The notes: generated from the sequence alone by a model not told the origin. Shown: positions 1 through 14,233, numbered from the stretch's first letter. The stretch is 64,000 bases of DNA from Octopus vulgaris (GCA_951406725.2 OX597826.1:26784001-26848000); one strand, 5' to 3'. Numbers and translations: made by a program.

Positions 1-205
1 ATGTGGCACTCCGTCGGTTAAGACGGGGAGAGTTCAAGTTGATCTGATCAACGGAACAGCCTGCTCATGAAATTAACGTGAAAGTGGTTGGACACTCCAC
101 AAACACGTGTGCCCTTAACGTAGTTCTCGGGGAAATTCAGCGTGACACATACTGTGACAAGGCTGGCCCTTTGATATACAGGTACAGCAGAAACAGGAAG
201 AAACG
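1..205 (-). mobile_element. SINE fragment (3' portion), same family as 9977-10285
   Basis: Aligns by eye with 9977-10145 (gcactcc.tcggtta.gacg...gatcaacggaacagc...gaaattaacgtg...gaaattcagcgt.acaca). Confidence 0.7.
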
Positions 206-589
206 GAAAGAAAGAGCGCAGCAGGGCTGGCTACCACCCCCTACCAGGTGTTTTCTCTTAATAAACCTCCCCACACACACACACATACACACACAAACAT
301 ATATATTTATATATATATTTGTATGTATGCATGTGCGTGCGTGTGTGGGCTATGAAGAATAAAAACAGAGGCTGGTTATATAATCTATCATTATACAATA
401 CCTCTGTTATAGAATATTTCATATTGGATTCCTGATTTTACTTCCTCTCCTGCACTACTTTTCTTTCGTCCGCTCGTCCGCTCGTCCACTCGTCTGTTCG
501 TCCATTCTTTCGTTCTTTCGTTCGTTCGTTCGTTCGTTTCTTTGTTCTTCTAGTTACTATTATTATTTATCATTATTACAATAATTATC

Positions 590-1510
590 AAGAATCGTTT
601 GCACGCCGGGCAAAATTCTTCAGATGCTTTCATCCGTCTTTACGTTTTGAGTTCAAATTCTTCTGAGGCCGCCTTTGCCTTTCGTCCTTTAGGGTAGATA
701 AAATAAGTACCAACTTGGGGTCGATGTAATCGACTTACCAACTCCCATGAAATTGGTGGCTCTGTGCCAAAATTTGAAATCATAATTACAATAGTTATTA
801 AAAATAAGGCTGTGAGCAGGCAGAATTGTTAGCACGCTGGGCGAAATGCTTAGTGGTATTTTGCCTGCTGCTTCTTTCTGAGTTCAAATTCCGCCGAGGT
901 CGACTTTGCCTTTCATCCTTTCGGCGATGAAATAGGTACCAGTTACGCACTGAAGCCGACGTAATCGACTAAATTTCTTCGCCCATGCTGCACTTGTGGC
1001 AAAAATTTGAAATCATTATTATTTCTAATAATCTTTTCTACTATAAGCACAAGGCCTGAAATATTGGGGGAGGGGGTGAGTTGATCACATCGATCCCAGT
1101 ACTTGACTGCTACTTAATTTATCGACCCGAAAGATTGAAAGGCAATGCCAACTGCGGTGGAATTTGAACTCGGAACGTAGCCACGGGCGAAATACCGCTA
1201 AGCATTTTGCCCAGCGCACTAACGATTCTGCCCGCTCACCGACTTAGTTTATTATTATTACTAACAATACCAAACACTATTATAATTACTATAATTATTC
1301 GCCCTACTACTCTATTATTTTCTCGTTAAGGTTGCGAACTCGCAGAATCTATAACCCACCGGACAAAATGTTTATCGGCATTATGTTCGTCTTTAAATTT
1401 TAAGTTTGACTTCAGCCGTTGTACCTTATGTGTCGATGTAGTAAGTACCAGTTCGCCATTGAGGTCAACGTAATCGATTAACAGCTTTTCTTCAAAGTTT
1501 AGGCCTTGAT
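590..1510. mobile_element. Cluster of four SINE family B copies: about 590-785(+), 807-1015(+), 1030-1245(-), 1328-1510(+)
   Basis: Recurrent body gcagaatcgttagcacgccgggc...gagttcaaattccgccgaggtcgactttgcctttcatcctttcg...aagtaccagtt...gtcgatgtaatcgact; B-box-like GAGTTCAAATT; central part resembles the Meta/MESC-type SINE domain (from recall). Confidence 0.8.
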
Positions 1511-1824
1511 AAGTCTCCTAGATCGATCTCATCGTTCTGTCTCCGTGTACACACCTCTACTGATAAGACACATATATAATAGTTACTAAAAGGTCATATT
1601 CTCAGCGTAAACCATATTATTAAAACATGTCTTAATTCATTGTGCCAATGTACACCTCAACATGCTCATCATTTTATTCGAAGTAACATCCTGTTAACCA
1701 CATTGATCCCAACCCATCAACATGTATCATCGGCGGACATTTTCGCAAAAATTGATCTTCAATATGAACATACTGTCAAAGTCGTATATATCTGTATATG
1801 CATATGTATGTATGTATATATATG

Positions 1825-1904
<80 letters not shown>

Positions 1905-1957
1905 TGTGTGTGTATGTATGTATATATATATACTCTCTCTTTTCACTCACTCTCTTT

Positions 1958-2155
1958 ATTCTTTTACTTGTAACAGTCATTTGACTGTGGCCATGCTGGA
2001 GCACCGCCTTTAGCAAATCGACCCCAGGACTTATTCTTTGGAAGCCTAGTACTTATTCTATCGGTCTATTTTGCCGAACCGCTAAGTTACGGGGACGTAA
2101 ACACACCAGCATCGGTTGTCAAGTGATGTTGGGAGGACAAACGCAGTCACACAAA

Positions 2156-2206
<51 letters not shown>

Positions 2207-2390
2207 GTATGTATATCTATACACACGACAGACTTCTTTCAGTTTCCGTCTACCAGATCCACTCACAAGGCTTTGGTCGGCCCGAGGCTATAGTAAAAGA
2301 CACTTGCCCAAGGTGCCACGCAGTGGGACTGAACCCGGGATCATGTGGTTGGTAAGCAAGCTACTTACCACACATTCACTCCTACGCCTA
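1958..2390 (-). mobile_element. tRNA-derived SINE family A, near full length, with internal (TA)n(TG)n
   Basis: Reverse complement of 22448-22915; tRNA-like head ggcgtaggagtg...ccgggttcagtccc; CORE-like ccttgggcaagt. Confidence 0.85.
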
Positions 2391-3284
2391 TGTGTATATG
2401 TGTATATATATATATACACATATACACATAACTGCAGAGAGACAGTTACAGAGAGTAACGCAAGTTTTATTTTTTATTTTTTTATTTTTTTGAATAGTGA
2501 ACTGCGCATACATCAGTATCAGTCTGTCTAGTTCTTGCATTATATAGCAAAGACAGATTCAAACCAGCTGTACTTGTATAACATTCCGTATTGCCTAAAC
2601 GACCGAAGGGATGTTTAGATCCTTCAATGGTGTGTATTTAGAAAAAAACGAACATGTTGTTGCTGATGTTGTGAATTACAAATTGAGAACCCACCTAAAA
2701 TACATAGGCATGGAATGTACATGGTTTATTCTAAGAAGGGACATTCTAATTAGTAAGACAGATATCGAAACTCTTTACTTTACAAACATGACGGAGAGGA
2801 AATTGATACTTTACAATAGAGAGTAGAATACCGGTAATTTTTCTCGCGAAGCAGCAGTGGTTAATGCTACGGAGTTGGCATTACTCTGAACCAAAGTGGT
2901 ACTAAGTAACAATGGCTCCATATTTATTTTTAATACCTTCCGAAATATTCAAATGTAAATATTTTAGTCACTATTGTGTATCTCACACGAGTACCTTTCC
3001 CTTTTTTTACGATAATAGTGTGTTCATAATATTGTTGACTCACTGGCGTAGGATATTCCAGTACCTAGTTGTTGTGACATGTATTTAGTTAGCCAGATGC
3101 ATCGGGACTTTTGAGCACAAACATGGATTTAGTTTATAAATTCAGCGAACACAACACTTTGCTGATCAGTGCTTATATATTCCAATTAATAAATACGTCG
3201 TTATTTGCCCTGTGTACAGCAAAATCTGAAGCCATGCTCTGCATATCTATTCTTAACAGAAGTGTGTATCTTATACTCTCTCTT

Positions 3285-3485
3285 TACTCATTTATTTGTT
3301 TCAGTTATATGACTGTGGCTATGCTGGGGCACCGCCTTTAGTCGAGCAAATTGACCCTAGGACATATACTTTGTAAGCCTATTACATATTTTATCGGCTC
3401 TTTTGCCGAACCGCTAACCAGCATCGGTTATCAAGCGATGTTGGGGGGACTAACACAGACACACAAACCGCATACACACACATAC

Positions 3486-3568
<83 letters not shown>

Positions 3569-3731
3569 ACGGGCTTCTTTCAGTTCCCGTCTACCAAGTC
3601 CACTCACAAGGCTTTGGTTGTTCCGAGGCTATAATAGAAGACACTTGCCCAAAGTGCCACGCAGTAGGACTGAACCAGGAACCACGTGGTTGGTAAGCAA
3701 GCTACTTACCACAGAGTCACTCCTGTGCCTA
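3285..3731 (-). mobile_element. SINE family A copy
   Basis: Same head, body and tail as 1958-2390. Confidence 0.85.
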
Positions 3732-4139
3732 TGCAAATAAACCAGCTAAACTAGATAGACGAGACTTACAGGAAAATCACACAACGTCAGAAATATCAGT
3801 ACAATACTTCAGCAATAGCTGTGAATAACTGTGTGTTGGACGCATTTCGCGATACAATTTCAGAAGTTAACCAATAGACTTCAAAAGATCGGAATTTGGT
3901 TAAAATATAAATATTATGGTGGGAAACTAAAAATAAAGTCAGCAGTAGTGGACATTTTCAGTTGAAGAACTTTAAATGATCAAGGTAGCCATTTAGTTGA
4001 GTTTCATGAATAAGATACAATTTTCATTCCTTTTAAATGTCGCATGTGAAATTCTAGAGAACTTTGCATTTGGATTTCTTTTAATTGCCGGATTCTTAAA
4101 GATATAGATTCTTTAAAAAATTTGAAATATAGATTCTTT

Positions 4140-4323
4140 TAAGGTCCAGCAGTGATGGTAAATTAGTAGCTGTAAGATGAGCTTGCTTGTGTGCTAAGGG
4201 ATTCATTTCCCAGACATGGTTCTGGGTTTACTTTTACTGTGCAACACTTTGGGCAAGTGTCTTTGGCTATAGCAACGGGCCTTGTGAGTGAATTTAACAG
4301 ACGGAAACCTAAAGAAGCCCGTC

Positions 4324-4390
<67 letters not shown>

Positions 4391-4610
4391 TGAATGTGTG
4401 TGTGTTTGTTATTGTCTCCCACCACCGCTTGAAAGCTGTTGTTGTTTATTTGCCTCTAAGTAACGTCGCGATTCGGCAAGAAAGAGATCGATGGAGGAAG
4501 GGTTAACCTTAGAAGAGAAAATAAATATTGGGGGTAGATTTGTTCGACTAAATAATTCAAAGCGGTGCCCCAGCATCGACGCACTCTAAAGAGTGAAACA
4601 AGTAAAAGAT
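4140..4610 (+). mobile_element. Degenerate SINE family A copy
   Basis: tttgggcaagtgtct...ccttgtgagtgaattt..agacggaaac..aaagaagcccgtc, then microsatellite and tail ggtgccccagcat. Confidence 0.7.
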
Positions 4611-5399
4611 GAAATATGAAATATAAAAGATACACCCATTTCTTTTTAGTGTAGCATTACCCTCAACATGTGGCAAGAGTTAATTTATGTCTTGATAGCA
4701 ATAAAATTATTTTAACATCAAAAAAACACGGTCTTGCAAAATATTGAAATAAAAAAAAAATTAAAATAAGAAAAAGAAGATTTGTTCAATGTTGGTAATA
4801 TGAAGAAGAAAGTCACCCAGAAGAACTGTGGGATAAAAGTTAAGCTGCGGTCTCGCAAGATGGCCAAAGAAATATAAAAGAGCCATTGAAGTGGTTAGTA
4901 GACGACACATTAGCGGCAACTGAAGGAAAAAGATCTATAAAAATCGAGCGGCATGATATCATCTGAACGTAAAGGACGATATCAGCATTTGAGCAATAAA
5001 AACGAAACCACGATAGAATAAAAAATAATTTCAAAAAGGTAAAGAGAGAACATTCACAAAATTTTGTGACGCAATTGAAAAATAAAACGCACACTAGCAA
5101 AGTTCTTCCCAAAGCTAAAAAGCTCATAATAAAATACATTTCAGTCAAAAAGTGAAGTTATCAAAGACAACGATGGTAATATGTTTTGTGTAGGGAATTG
5201 TGAAGTAATATTGGTTTAAGTTTGTAGAAGACAACAGATGGTAATCGTTAATCAAAACGAATATAATCCGAATGTTCAAAGTTAAAATTGTATAACAGAA
5301 TGAGAACCTTCATTAGTCATTACAATCTAATGTAAAATAGATAAATAAATAAGTAAAGGCGCAATTAAGATTCTGTAAAATATATATGTTGTGAAATAC

Positions 5400-5576
5400 G
5401 TGGCGAACATGTCTGTGTTGTGTGGTAAGAAGTTCTGTTTCAAACACATACTTCCTGTTTCAGTCCAGCTGTGTGCACATTGGGAAAACATGTCCTATTA
5501 TAGCTTAACGTCGATCAAGGCGTTGTAAGTGTATTTGGTAACGAAAACTATATGAAGTACGTCATTCACACGCACA

Positions 5577-5633
<57 letters not shown>

Positions 5634-5860
5634 TCATGTCTGTGTGTGTGTGTGTCCTTGTGTCTGTGTTTGTCCTACCATTACCTCTTGACAACTGCTT
5701 TTGTTGTATTTATGTCCCCGTAACTTAGCGTTTCGGCAAAGGAATTCGATAAAATAAGTACCAGGATGGAAAAGGTACTCCAGTAGATTCGTCCGATTAA
5801 AATTCAAGGCGAAATTGCTGCATGGCCGCAGTCAATTGACTGGAATATTTAAAATGAGAC
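5400..5860 (+). mobile_element. Degenerate SINE family A copy
   Basis: tgtccccgtaacttagcgtttcggcaaa...gataaaataagtacc...gcatggccgcagtcaa. Confidence 0.65.
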
Positions 5861-6249
5861 GAAAAGGGTAAATATGGCACTTGGAGTTTGGGAAAAGGAT
5901 CAAGGATTCTTTGGGAGATTTCTACACTCTGTGTACATAGAAATATGCAACTTAAATTTATAGCCGAATGATGGGGCTGAATAGGTTGCAGTCTGGTTAT
6001 TAAAAAAGGCAAGAAAAAATGTGTGTATATGAGCAGTTGATATTAGGTGGTTAATTGGTTTGTTGGTTGGTTGGTGATTGTTTGGCTGATTTCTGAAAGT
6101 CAGGTAGTGTGTGTGTGTTAGAGAGAGAGAGAGAGAGAGAGTGAGAGAGTGTGTGAGAGAGAAAGAGAATAAAGGATAGATAGAGAAATTAAAAGACGGT
6201 AGGAGAGGTAAAGAGTTATAAAGATAAAAGTAAAGATCAGAGCACTTAC

Positions 6250-6307
6250 GAGGCTTAGTGGCAGGCAATGAATAAAAAATTACGACACACCTGCACACAG
6301 ACACTGA
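6250..6307 (-). other. Candidate non-coding exon
   Basis: Minus strand reads ttctttctcttttAG | 58 nt | GTAAGT; strong splice consensus in non-repetitive sequence; no transcript evidence. Confidence 0.3.
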
Positions 6308-6339
6308 CTAAAAGAGAAAGAACCAAAGAGATACAGGAC

Positions 6340-6383
<44 letters not shown>

Positions 6384-6769
6384 CTGTACTTTTTAAAGCA
6401 ATTATACAAACGAGGAATTTGTTTTAAGTAATATTATTTCAAGGTAATAATTTTTCTTTTAAAATTGGAATTAGTTTCATAATTTTGTGTAGCTACCAAA
6501 GAAATTTCATAAAATTTGAATTGTAATTATTATGTGAATGCCATGTTTACTACCATGGCTCATATTGGTAAAAGTATATTCCCTGAGTTTCTCGCTAAAT
6601 GACGGGTAACACCCTATTGAGAGACAACATGGAAGATGAAGAAGCAAAACCATCGAACGGATTATTGAGATAGATAAGTCCGATTTAAGATCATTGTTGA
6701 TAGAATTAGAATCAAATAGCAACGGAACCTGTTGGTTTTAGAACTGCAGGAGAGGACAGAGTAATATTG

Positions 6770-8650
6770 ATTTCAACTTTTGAAACGAGGCCAGTAAATT
6801 CGGGGCAGGGGGAAAGTCGATTACATCGATCTCAGCATTGAACTGGTACTTGTTTTATCAAGCCGAAAGGATGAAAGGCAAAGTCGACCTGGGTGGAATT
6901 TGAGCTAACAACGTAAAGACGGGCGAAATGCATTTTGCCCGGCGTTCTCACGATTCTGACAGCCCACCGCCTTCGGACGGTGTAATAATACTCTTTTCTA
7001 CTGTAGGCACAAGGCCCGAAATTTTTAGGGCGGGGTGGGGGCAAGTCGATTATATTGACCCCAGTACGCAACTGGTACTTAATTTACCGACCCCGAAAGG
7101 ATAAAATGCAAAGTCGACCTCGGCGGAATTGGGAACTCAGACGAAATACCTATTTCTTTACTGCCCACAAGTGGCTAAACACAGAGGGGACAAACGAGGA
7201 CAGACAAACGGATTAAGTCGATTACATCGACCCCAGTGCGTAACTGGTGCTTATTTAATCGACCTCGAAAGGATGAAAGGCAAAGTCGACCTCGGCGGAA
7301 TTTGAACTCAGAACGTAGCGGCAGACGTAGCATTTCGCCGGCGTGCTAACGTTTCTGCTCACTCGCTGCCATACAGACGGAGTAATATTGCAATTCTTGC
7401 CTAAAAAGAGTTCTTCACTATAATAAAAAAGAAGCAAAGAAAGAAAATGGCACAGCAAGTGCAATGGTGAAGCATTTGCAGATTTTATTGAATATTAAAC
7501 AGCTTTTGACACAGGTGTTCAAACCTTGTTTCAGCAGGTGTTGAAAGAAATGGGACTTTATTAAGTTCTTATTGAATTATTAAAATCTCATTTTAGGGCG
7601 TCTTGCTGGCAGAGTCGTTAGCAAATGCTTAATGGCATTACGTCAGGTTTTGCGGTGAGGAAATGTTTTTAAGGAGAAAAAGTTAGTCGATTTCATCGAC
7701 CCCCACAGCGTAACTGGGACTTATTTAATCAATACTGAAAGGGTGAAAGGCAGAAACGACTATGGCACAATTTCAATTTATAACATAAGAGCGGGCGAAT
7801 TGTTGCTAAGCATTTTGACTGGCGTGACAGCGATTCTATCAGCTCACCACCTTCTCTAGAAGCTAAAAATAATGGTTTCGAATTTTGGCAAAAGACCAGT
7901 AGTTTTCGTAGAGGAGGACAGTCGATTACATCGACCCCAGTGCTCAACGGGTATTTATTTTAGAGGTTACGAAAGGGTAAGAGGCAAAGTCGACCTCGGG
8001 GTCATTTGAACTCGGAACGTAAAGACGAACGGAATACCTATTTCTTTACTACCCACAAGGGGCTAAACACAGAGAGGACAAACAAGGACAGACAATCGGA
8101 TTAAGTCGATTATATCGACACCAGTGCGTAACTGGTACTTATTTAATCGACCCCGAAAGGATGAAAGGCAAAGTCGACCTCGGCGGAATTTGAACTCAGA
8201 ACGTAGCGGCAGACGAAATACCGCTACGCATTTCGCCAGGCGCGCTAACGTTTCTTTTCTACTCTAGCCACAAGGCCCGAAATTTTTAGGAGAGGGCGCA
8301 AGTCAATTAGATCGACCTCAGGACGCAACTGGTACATAATTTATCGACTTCGAAATGATGAAAGGCAAAGTCAACCTCGGCGGAATTTGAACTCAGAACG
8401 TTAAGACGGACGGAATACCTATTTCTTTACTATCCACAAGGGGTCAAACACAGAGAGGACAAACAAGGACAGACAAACGGATTAAGTCGATTACATCAAC
8501 CTCAGTGCGTAACTGGTACTTTATTTATCGACTCCGAAAAGACGAAAGGCAAAGTCGACCACTGCGGAATTTGAACTCAGAACGTAGCGGCAGACGAAAT
8601 ACCACTAGGCGTTTCGCCCGGCGCGCTAACATTTCTGCTAGCTCGCCGCG
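6770..8650 (-). mobile_element. Tandem array of SINE family B monomers and dimers
   Basis: About eight occurrences of aaaggatgaaaggcaaagtcgacctcggcggaatttgaactc; linker gaaatacctatttctttact.cccacaag recurs at about 7142, 8031 and 8412. Confidence 0.85.
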
Positions 8651-9363
8651 TTTCTGTAAGTTAAAAATAACACTAGAAACTCACCCAAACATTTCTTTGT
8701 TTGAAGACATTCTTCTGCACAAGTAAAGCGAATGGAGATGAGACGAGGTTCGAAAGAGGAATACAGTGTGACACGATGAAGAAATACCCCATTTGTCACA
8801 AAGCACTTGCTACACTCATCACAAGACATTAATTTCTTAATGAATCATAACCATTTAAATTCCTAAGAAATTGATGAAGTTTTCCATTAAGCGGGGAAAT
8901 GAGTGCATTCTATCTGAGGATCGAAACAGAGGTCGCAGATTCGCCTCACTGAGCTACTTACCTACTTTCAGTCACTTGCCCTCACCCTACCGCACACCTA
9001 CGACACATTCTGTTTTAATTTAATTCAATTTTACTCTATTTTATTTTGTCTTATATTTTATAACAAACTTTGTTATTCTGATAATGATATATTGGTGAAG
9101 GACTGATTGATATATGAAAGTCAACCGCCGCTCCGCCCCAGAATATATTGGGCGTAAGTTGATCCCTAACCCTTCTACTATATTTCATAGCAGCAATGAA
9201 TCAAATCATAGGAGATCAATATGACCAACCTTACCAACACCCAACATCAGGTGATTAATTTCCAATTAGCGTAATATAGATTTGCTTCTTAATAATTGCA
9301 CAGATTTTCATTTATTTTCATTAGTTATTATTATCATTATTATTATTAATATTATTATTATCG

Positions 9364-9422
<59 letters not shown>

Positions 9423-9862
9423 TTTGTAGTATTTTTTGTATCTTTGTTTGTTAAAATTAGCTGCCAATCAAATGTAGTTATTGTAGAGGGTAGATGTAGG
9501 AGTAATGAGAATAATTTTTGGTGATGGTTGCTGTTGTTCTTGTTGTTGATGATGATGATAATGAAGTTGTTAGCGTTGTTGTCCTTGACGTTCTGGTTGG
9601 TGTTGTGTTTGTGTTTGTGTTGTTGTAGTTTCCATAGACGTGGACTCTATAACAGCTTGCAGACGGACTAAAGAAGTTCTGAAATCAGACTTCTAATGTT
9701 TAAATTAGAATAACAAATAAATAAATAAATACATTGCCTCTAAATTATACATACATACATTCATACATACATGCATACATACAAATAATATATTTTTGTA
9801 TGCATGTATATGTGCGTGTATATATACATGCACACATATATACATATATTTATATAAACATA

Positions 9863-9969
<107 letters not shown>

Positions 9970-9976
9970 GTGTGCG

Positions 9977-10280
9977 GGTGCACTCCCTCGGTTACGACGA
10001 AGAGGGTCGCAGCTGATACGATCAACGGAACAGCTTACTCGTGAAATTAACGTGCAAGTGGCTGAGCACTCCACAGACAAGTGTACCCTTAGTTCTCAGT
10101 GAAATTCAGCGTAACACAGAATGTAGCCCTTTGAGATACAGGTACTATTCATTTTTGCCAGCTGAATGGACTGGAGCCACGTGCAATAAAGTGTCTTGCT
10201 CATGGACACATCGCGTCGCCGGAAATCGAACACATGACCCTACGATCGTGAGCCAAATGCCCTAACAACTAAGCCACACG

Positions 10281-10285
<5 letters not shown>
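9977..10285 (-). mobile_element. tRNA-derived SINE family C
   Basis: Reverse complement gives tRNA-like head (tggcttagttgttagggc...gtgttcgatttcc) followed by ccatgagcaagacactttatt; head related to 34339-34612. Confidence 0.8.
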
Positions 10286-10312
<27 letters not shown>

Positions 10313-10809
10313 TAAATTTGTCAAAACGTATGGTTTCTAGTAATATGGTACTACTCATAAAAAGAATATCCTTAATATATCGTTCTACAAAATAGAGAAT
10401 TCATAGCCCGATACAAGAGGGAAGCACAAGGAGTATATAAAGTCACAAATGACTGAGAAATAGTTTGATGAAAATTTATTCAGTAATAAGAAAATTCTAA
10501 TGTCATCACAAAACAAGTAACTAATTTATATTATCATAATTAATAATAAATAAATTACTTAGATGCCTGCATCAATGCAAAGTACAAACAATCATTCAAA
10601 ACAAGGCAGAATTTAAAATACGTCTTTAGGTGAAAGAAAGTCTTTGTTAAATACTCATGTAAATTATTTATTCTTAAATATAAAATATGATGTTATTTAA
10701 ATGTGTTTATGTTATGAATCAATTTGTCGTCTGATATTAGAAATGTCTCGTTGTTAAGTCAAACTTCATCAAACTATTTCTCTGTCATATATATATATAT
10801 ATATATACA

Positions 10810-10854
<45 letters not shown>

Positions 10855-10857
<3 letters not shown>

Positions 10858-11067
10858 CCATGTTGAATCGCTAGCTTCTGCACGCATATGTTTTCTCTCC
10901 TTGTTTCTATCCGTGTTTCTTTTCCGTGTATCTTTCTGTTGAAGAGCGTAGGCTCGAAACGTGAAAGACTTGTTTTATTTATATTCCTGAGCGCCATACT
11001 AATACAATTGTTTGTTTATACTCCACCTGCCTTCGTCTTTTCTTTATTTTCATAAAGCTTCCCGTTA
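10855..11067 (+). mobile_element. Penelope-like terminal-repeat remnant in (TA)n with decayed minimal hammerhead (10931-10968)
   Basis: tcttt-CTGTTGA-a-gagc gtag gctc-GAAA-cg-TG-aaaga; A6 and H17 are non-consensus; flanked on both sides by (TA)n. Confidence 0.55.
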
Positions 11068-11314
11068 TATATATATATACATATATATATATACAGTATA
11101 TATATAAATTTAAATAATAAGGGTGAAAAATAGAATATTAATTTGGTTAATATCAATTTAAAACCAGTGGCCTAGCATAATGAAAAATTTGAAGATTCAG
11201 AATATTTATATTACATACATATAAGGTGGATGACCACTAAGTGGATATCCATTATGCTAGAAGCAGAAGCCCTATGGTCTGACCACGAAGAAAATATCCT
11301 TTCTCATTCCGTCT

Positions 11315-11346
<32 letters not shown>

Positions 11347-11378
11347 TGTATGTATGTATGTATGTATGTATGTATGTG

Positions 11379-11410
<32 letters not shown>

Positions 11411-11432
11411 TGTATGTATGTATGTATGTATG

Positions 11433-11504
<72 letters not shown>

Positions 11505-11619
11505 CACACACACAATGTAAGGGGGTTTAGTTCTTAGTAGCTGAGCTGTTGCAATGAGACGATCTTCATTGTGAAGCTTCGCTGGATTGCTTCAAGTTCC
11601 GGTGTTAATTTTAGACTCT

Positions 11620-11995
11620 TGGGCCATGGTCTAGAAGTGAGAAGGTGACTGGAGAGCTGTGAAATGTAGTTCTTAAAGAGAATAATGAGGATAGCATGGA
11701 CGATGTGTCAAATGAAGAACTGATGAGCCGAGCTGCAGTTAACAGAAAACTACTTTGTAAGATATAGGCTATAACTGAGATGTTCGGTTCATCTGATAAG
11801 AAAAGAAAGCTTGGAGAATTGAGCGATGACCGGGAAGATTGATCGAAAAGAAGCAGAGGACGAAGAACGAAGATGACGACAGGTTGGAAGAAAGAGGCTT
11901 TAAACATGAAGTGAAACTGTTCCAGGCAACAAAGTACAGAGGATTGTGACATGACATGCTCAACTATACCCTACATTCTAGAGATGGAAACTAAA
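11620..11995 (+). pseudogene. Decayed 3' end of an RTE-type LINE ORF
   Basis: Frameshifted fragments FLKRIMRIAWT / VSNEELMSRAAVNRKLL / GKIDRKRSRGRR resemble the RTE C-terminal region (LRRILRISW..VSNEE, GK..GKR.RGR). Confidence 0.55.
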
Positions 11996-12224
11996 GAGGA
12001 AGCTGTGTAGTATGGAGATTGTTTCTCATGCGCAAAGATGCCGGTTCAACCCCATTGTGTGGCAAACTGGAAATATACTTTCAACTACAGCCTCGAGGCA
12101 AACAAAACTTGGTTTGTTTACGTCCCCGCAAGTCAAGGTTTCGGCAAATAGACCGTTGGCATAAGTACCAGACTTTAAAAGCTTCGAAGAGAGAGAGAGA
12201 GAGGAAGAGAGAAAACGTGTGTGT

Positions 12225-12312
<88 letters not shown>

Positions 12313-13216
12313 GATAGATAAAAAAACAGATATAAGTATATATAGATATAAGTATATAGGAACTTAAAATGTGCGTTGTTATTTTTGTCTTTGTTACATT
12401 TTATTTAATCATTTCAGAAGAATCATGGAGCGTGAGGAAATATAAATGCACAATAATAATAATAATAATAGCAATAATAATAATAGTGAGAAGAAGACGA
12501 AGAAGAAGAAGAAGAAGAAGAAGAAGAAGAAGAAGAAGAAGAAGAAGAAGAAGAAGAAGAAGAAGAAGAAGAAAAAGAAGAAGAAGAAGAAGAAGAAGAA
12601 GAAGAAATAATGCATGATTGATAAAATATTTATAGTTTATGTATGATCGGAATTGAGCAAGATAATAACTTAAGGCGAGTTAATGCGTTAAGCAAAAAGG
12701 GGCTTTTAAGGGGAACGGTTAAAATTATCTAAAAGAACGCCATAGGCAGGTATATTTTCTTAGTTATCCTCATCCATGCTTTTCATCATCATCACCATCA
12801 CCATCACCACAGCTACAACGGCCACCGCCGCTACCACGGCCACCGCCCCACCAGCACCACCGCTACCAACAACATCATAATCATCATCATCATCGTCATA
12901 ATCGTCGTCGTCGTCATCATAATCGTCATAATCGTCATCCTCATCATCGTTGTCGTCATTGTTATTGTTGTTACTGTTGTTGTCATTATTATTAATTCAA
13001 CTCTTCATTCTTCATATGTCGCCAGGTGGTTTTATTATATTAGACGTGGCCGATATACCGGCCGAATCCTATCAAATTATAAAAGTAAGGTATCTATGTA
13101 TATTTATATATATATACGTATGTATGTATGCATATATATATGTATATATATGTGTATGTATATATATATGTGTTTGTGTGTGTGTGTGTTTGTGTGTTTG
13201 TGTGTGTGTATGTGTG

Positions 13217-13260
<44 letters not shown>

Positions 13261-13329
13261 ATTTAGAGATAGTATTCCCCTTCAACACATCATATAAAAG
13301 AATTTTAATTTAATACTACTAATTTTTCT

Positions 13330-13422
13330 GCTACACGTGTTTCTTGTGGTTCATTTTACGGTTCCTTAAGCACGCAGTGTTTTATAGGAACCTTTCTTAA
13401 AATATAACCCCAATCATCAGGC
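13330..13422 (-). ncRNA. Type I hammerhead ribozyme motif, core intact, stem I weak
   Basis: Reverse complement: gc-CTGATGA-ttg..long hairpin..caa-GAAA-cacgtg-TA-gc; palindromic stem III; GUA triplet. Confidence 0.6.
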
Positions 13423-13624
13423 TTCTAAATAACTTTATCATAGTTCGATACCAAATCTCTAATAACATATATATTTCCTCATAGAGAATAATTTGAACCC
13501 CTGTGATGCCGGAATTGTTATTCCCTAATATATATATATATTTATATATATATATATAAATATAAATAGTAATGCAATACGAGAGTATTGCTTTCCAGTA
13601 AAGAATAGCCCGTGAGGGAAAATT

Positions 13625-13998
13625 ATACATAGAAGTAAATATATGGTACAACGAAGTACCGATATTTACTGGAAAATAGCGAACGTAATAAATACGACGC
13701 TAATGTATAGCTTCACCGCGTATGTACAAACTTGAAAAAATTGTTGGCTGATGAAGACAAATCAAGTATATGTGTGCAGACATATCTTGAAAAATCTGAA
13801 ACCGGTACCACATTATCCCTTTCTATGTATTTCATATTTCAGATGTTCTCCCTGGAGGTAAGACAATTTTTTTCAAGTTTGTTGCACACACGCATTTTTG
13901 CTAGTACATACGCGGTGAAGCTATACATTAGCGTCGTATTTATTACGTTCGTATTTTCCAGTAAATATCGGTACTTCGTTGTACCATATATTTACTTC

Positions 13999-14005
<7 letters not shown>
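13625..14005 (+). mobile_element. Penelope-like fold-back unit with inverted terminal copy (13625-13744 vs 13863-14005) flanking a hammerhead
   Basis: About 100 bp near-perfect inverted repeat, ending in (TA)n. Confidence 0.7.
13745..13810 (+). ncRNA. Type I hammerhead ribozyme motif, core intact
   Basis: tgg-CTGATGA-aga..(tcaag/cttga, atatgt/acatat hairpin)..tct-GAAA-ccgg-TA-cca. Confidence 0.75.
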
Positions 14006-14037
<32 letters not shown>

Positions 14038-14233
14038 ATATATACATTAAATAACAAGGGTAGAAATTGATATTAATCAATTAAAACCAGTGGTTTACCA
14101 TATTTCAAAAAAGTGTCAGAGTGAAGACATTTAAAAAATACACCCAAATATAAATTATAGAACTTTATACATGCTCGATTTCGGTTAAGCGTACTGTATC
14201 TAGTTCTGGAAATTGTGCTTTGTAAGCGACAGA

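Noticed and set aside
6770-8650. CRISPR-like repeat-spacer array
   Set aside because: Eukaryotic context; repeats are long, irregularly spaced SINE parts with non-unique spacers
8900-8957. CTGAGGA-tc-GAAA motif or possible tRNA gene
   Set aside because: No stem II; better read as a decayed minus-strand tRNA-like SINE head without a cloverleaf
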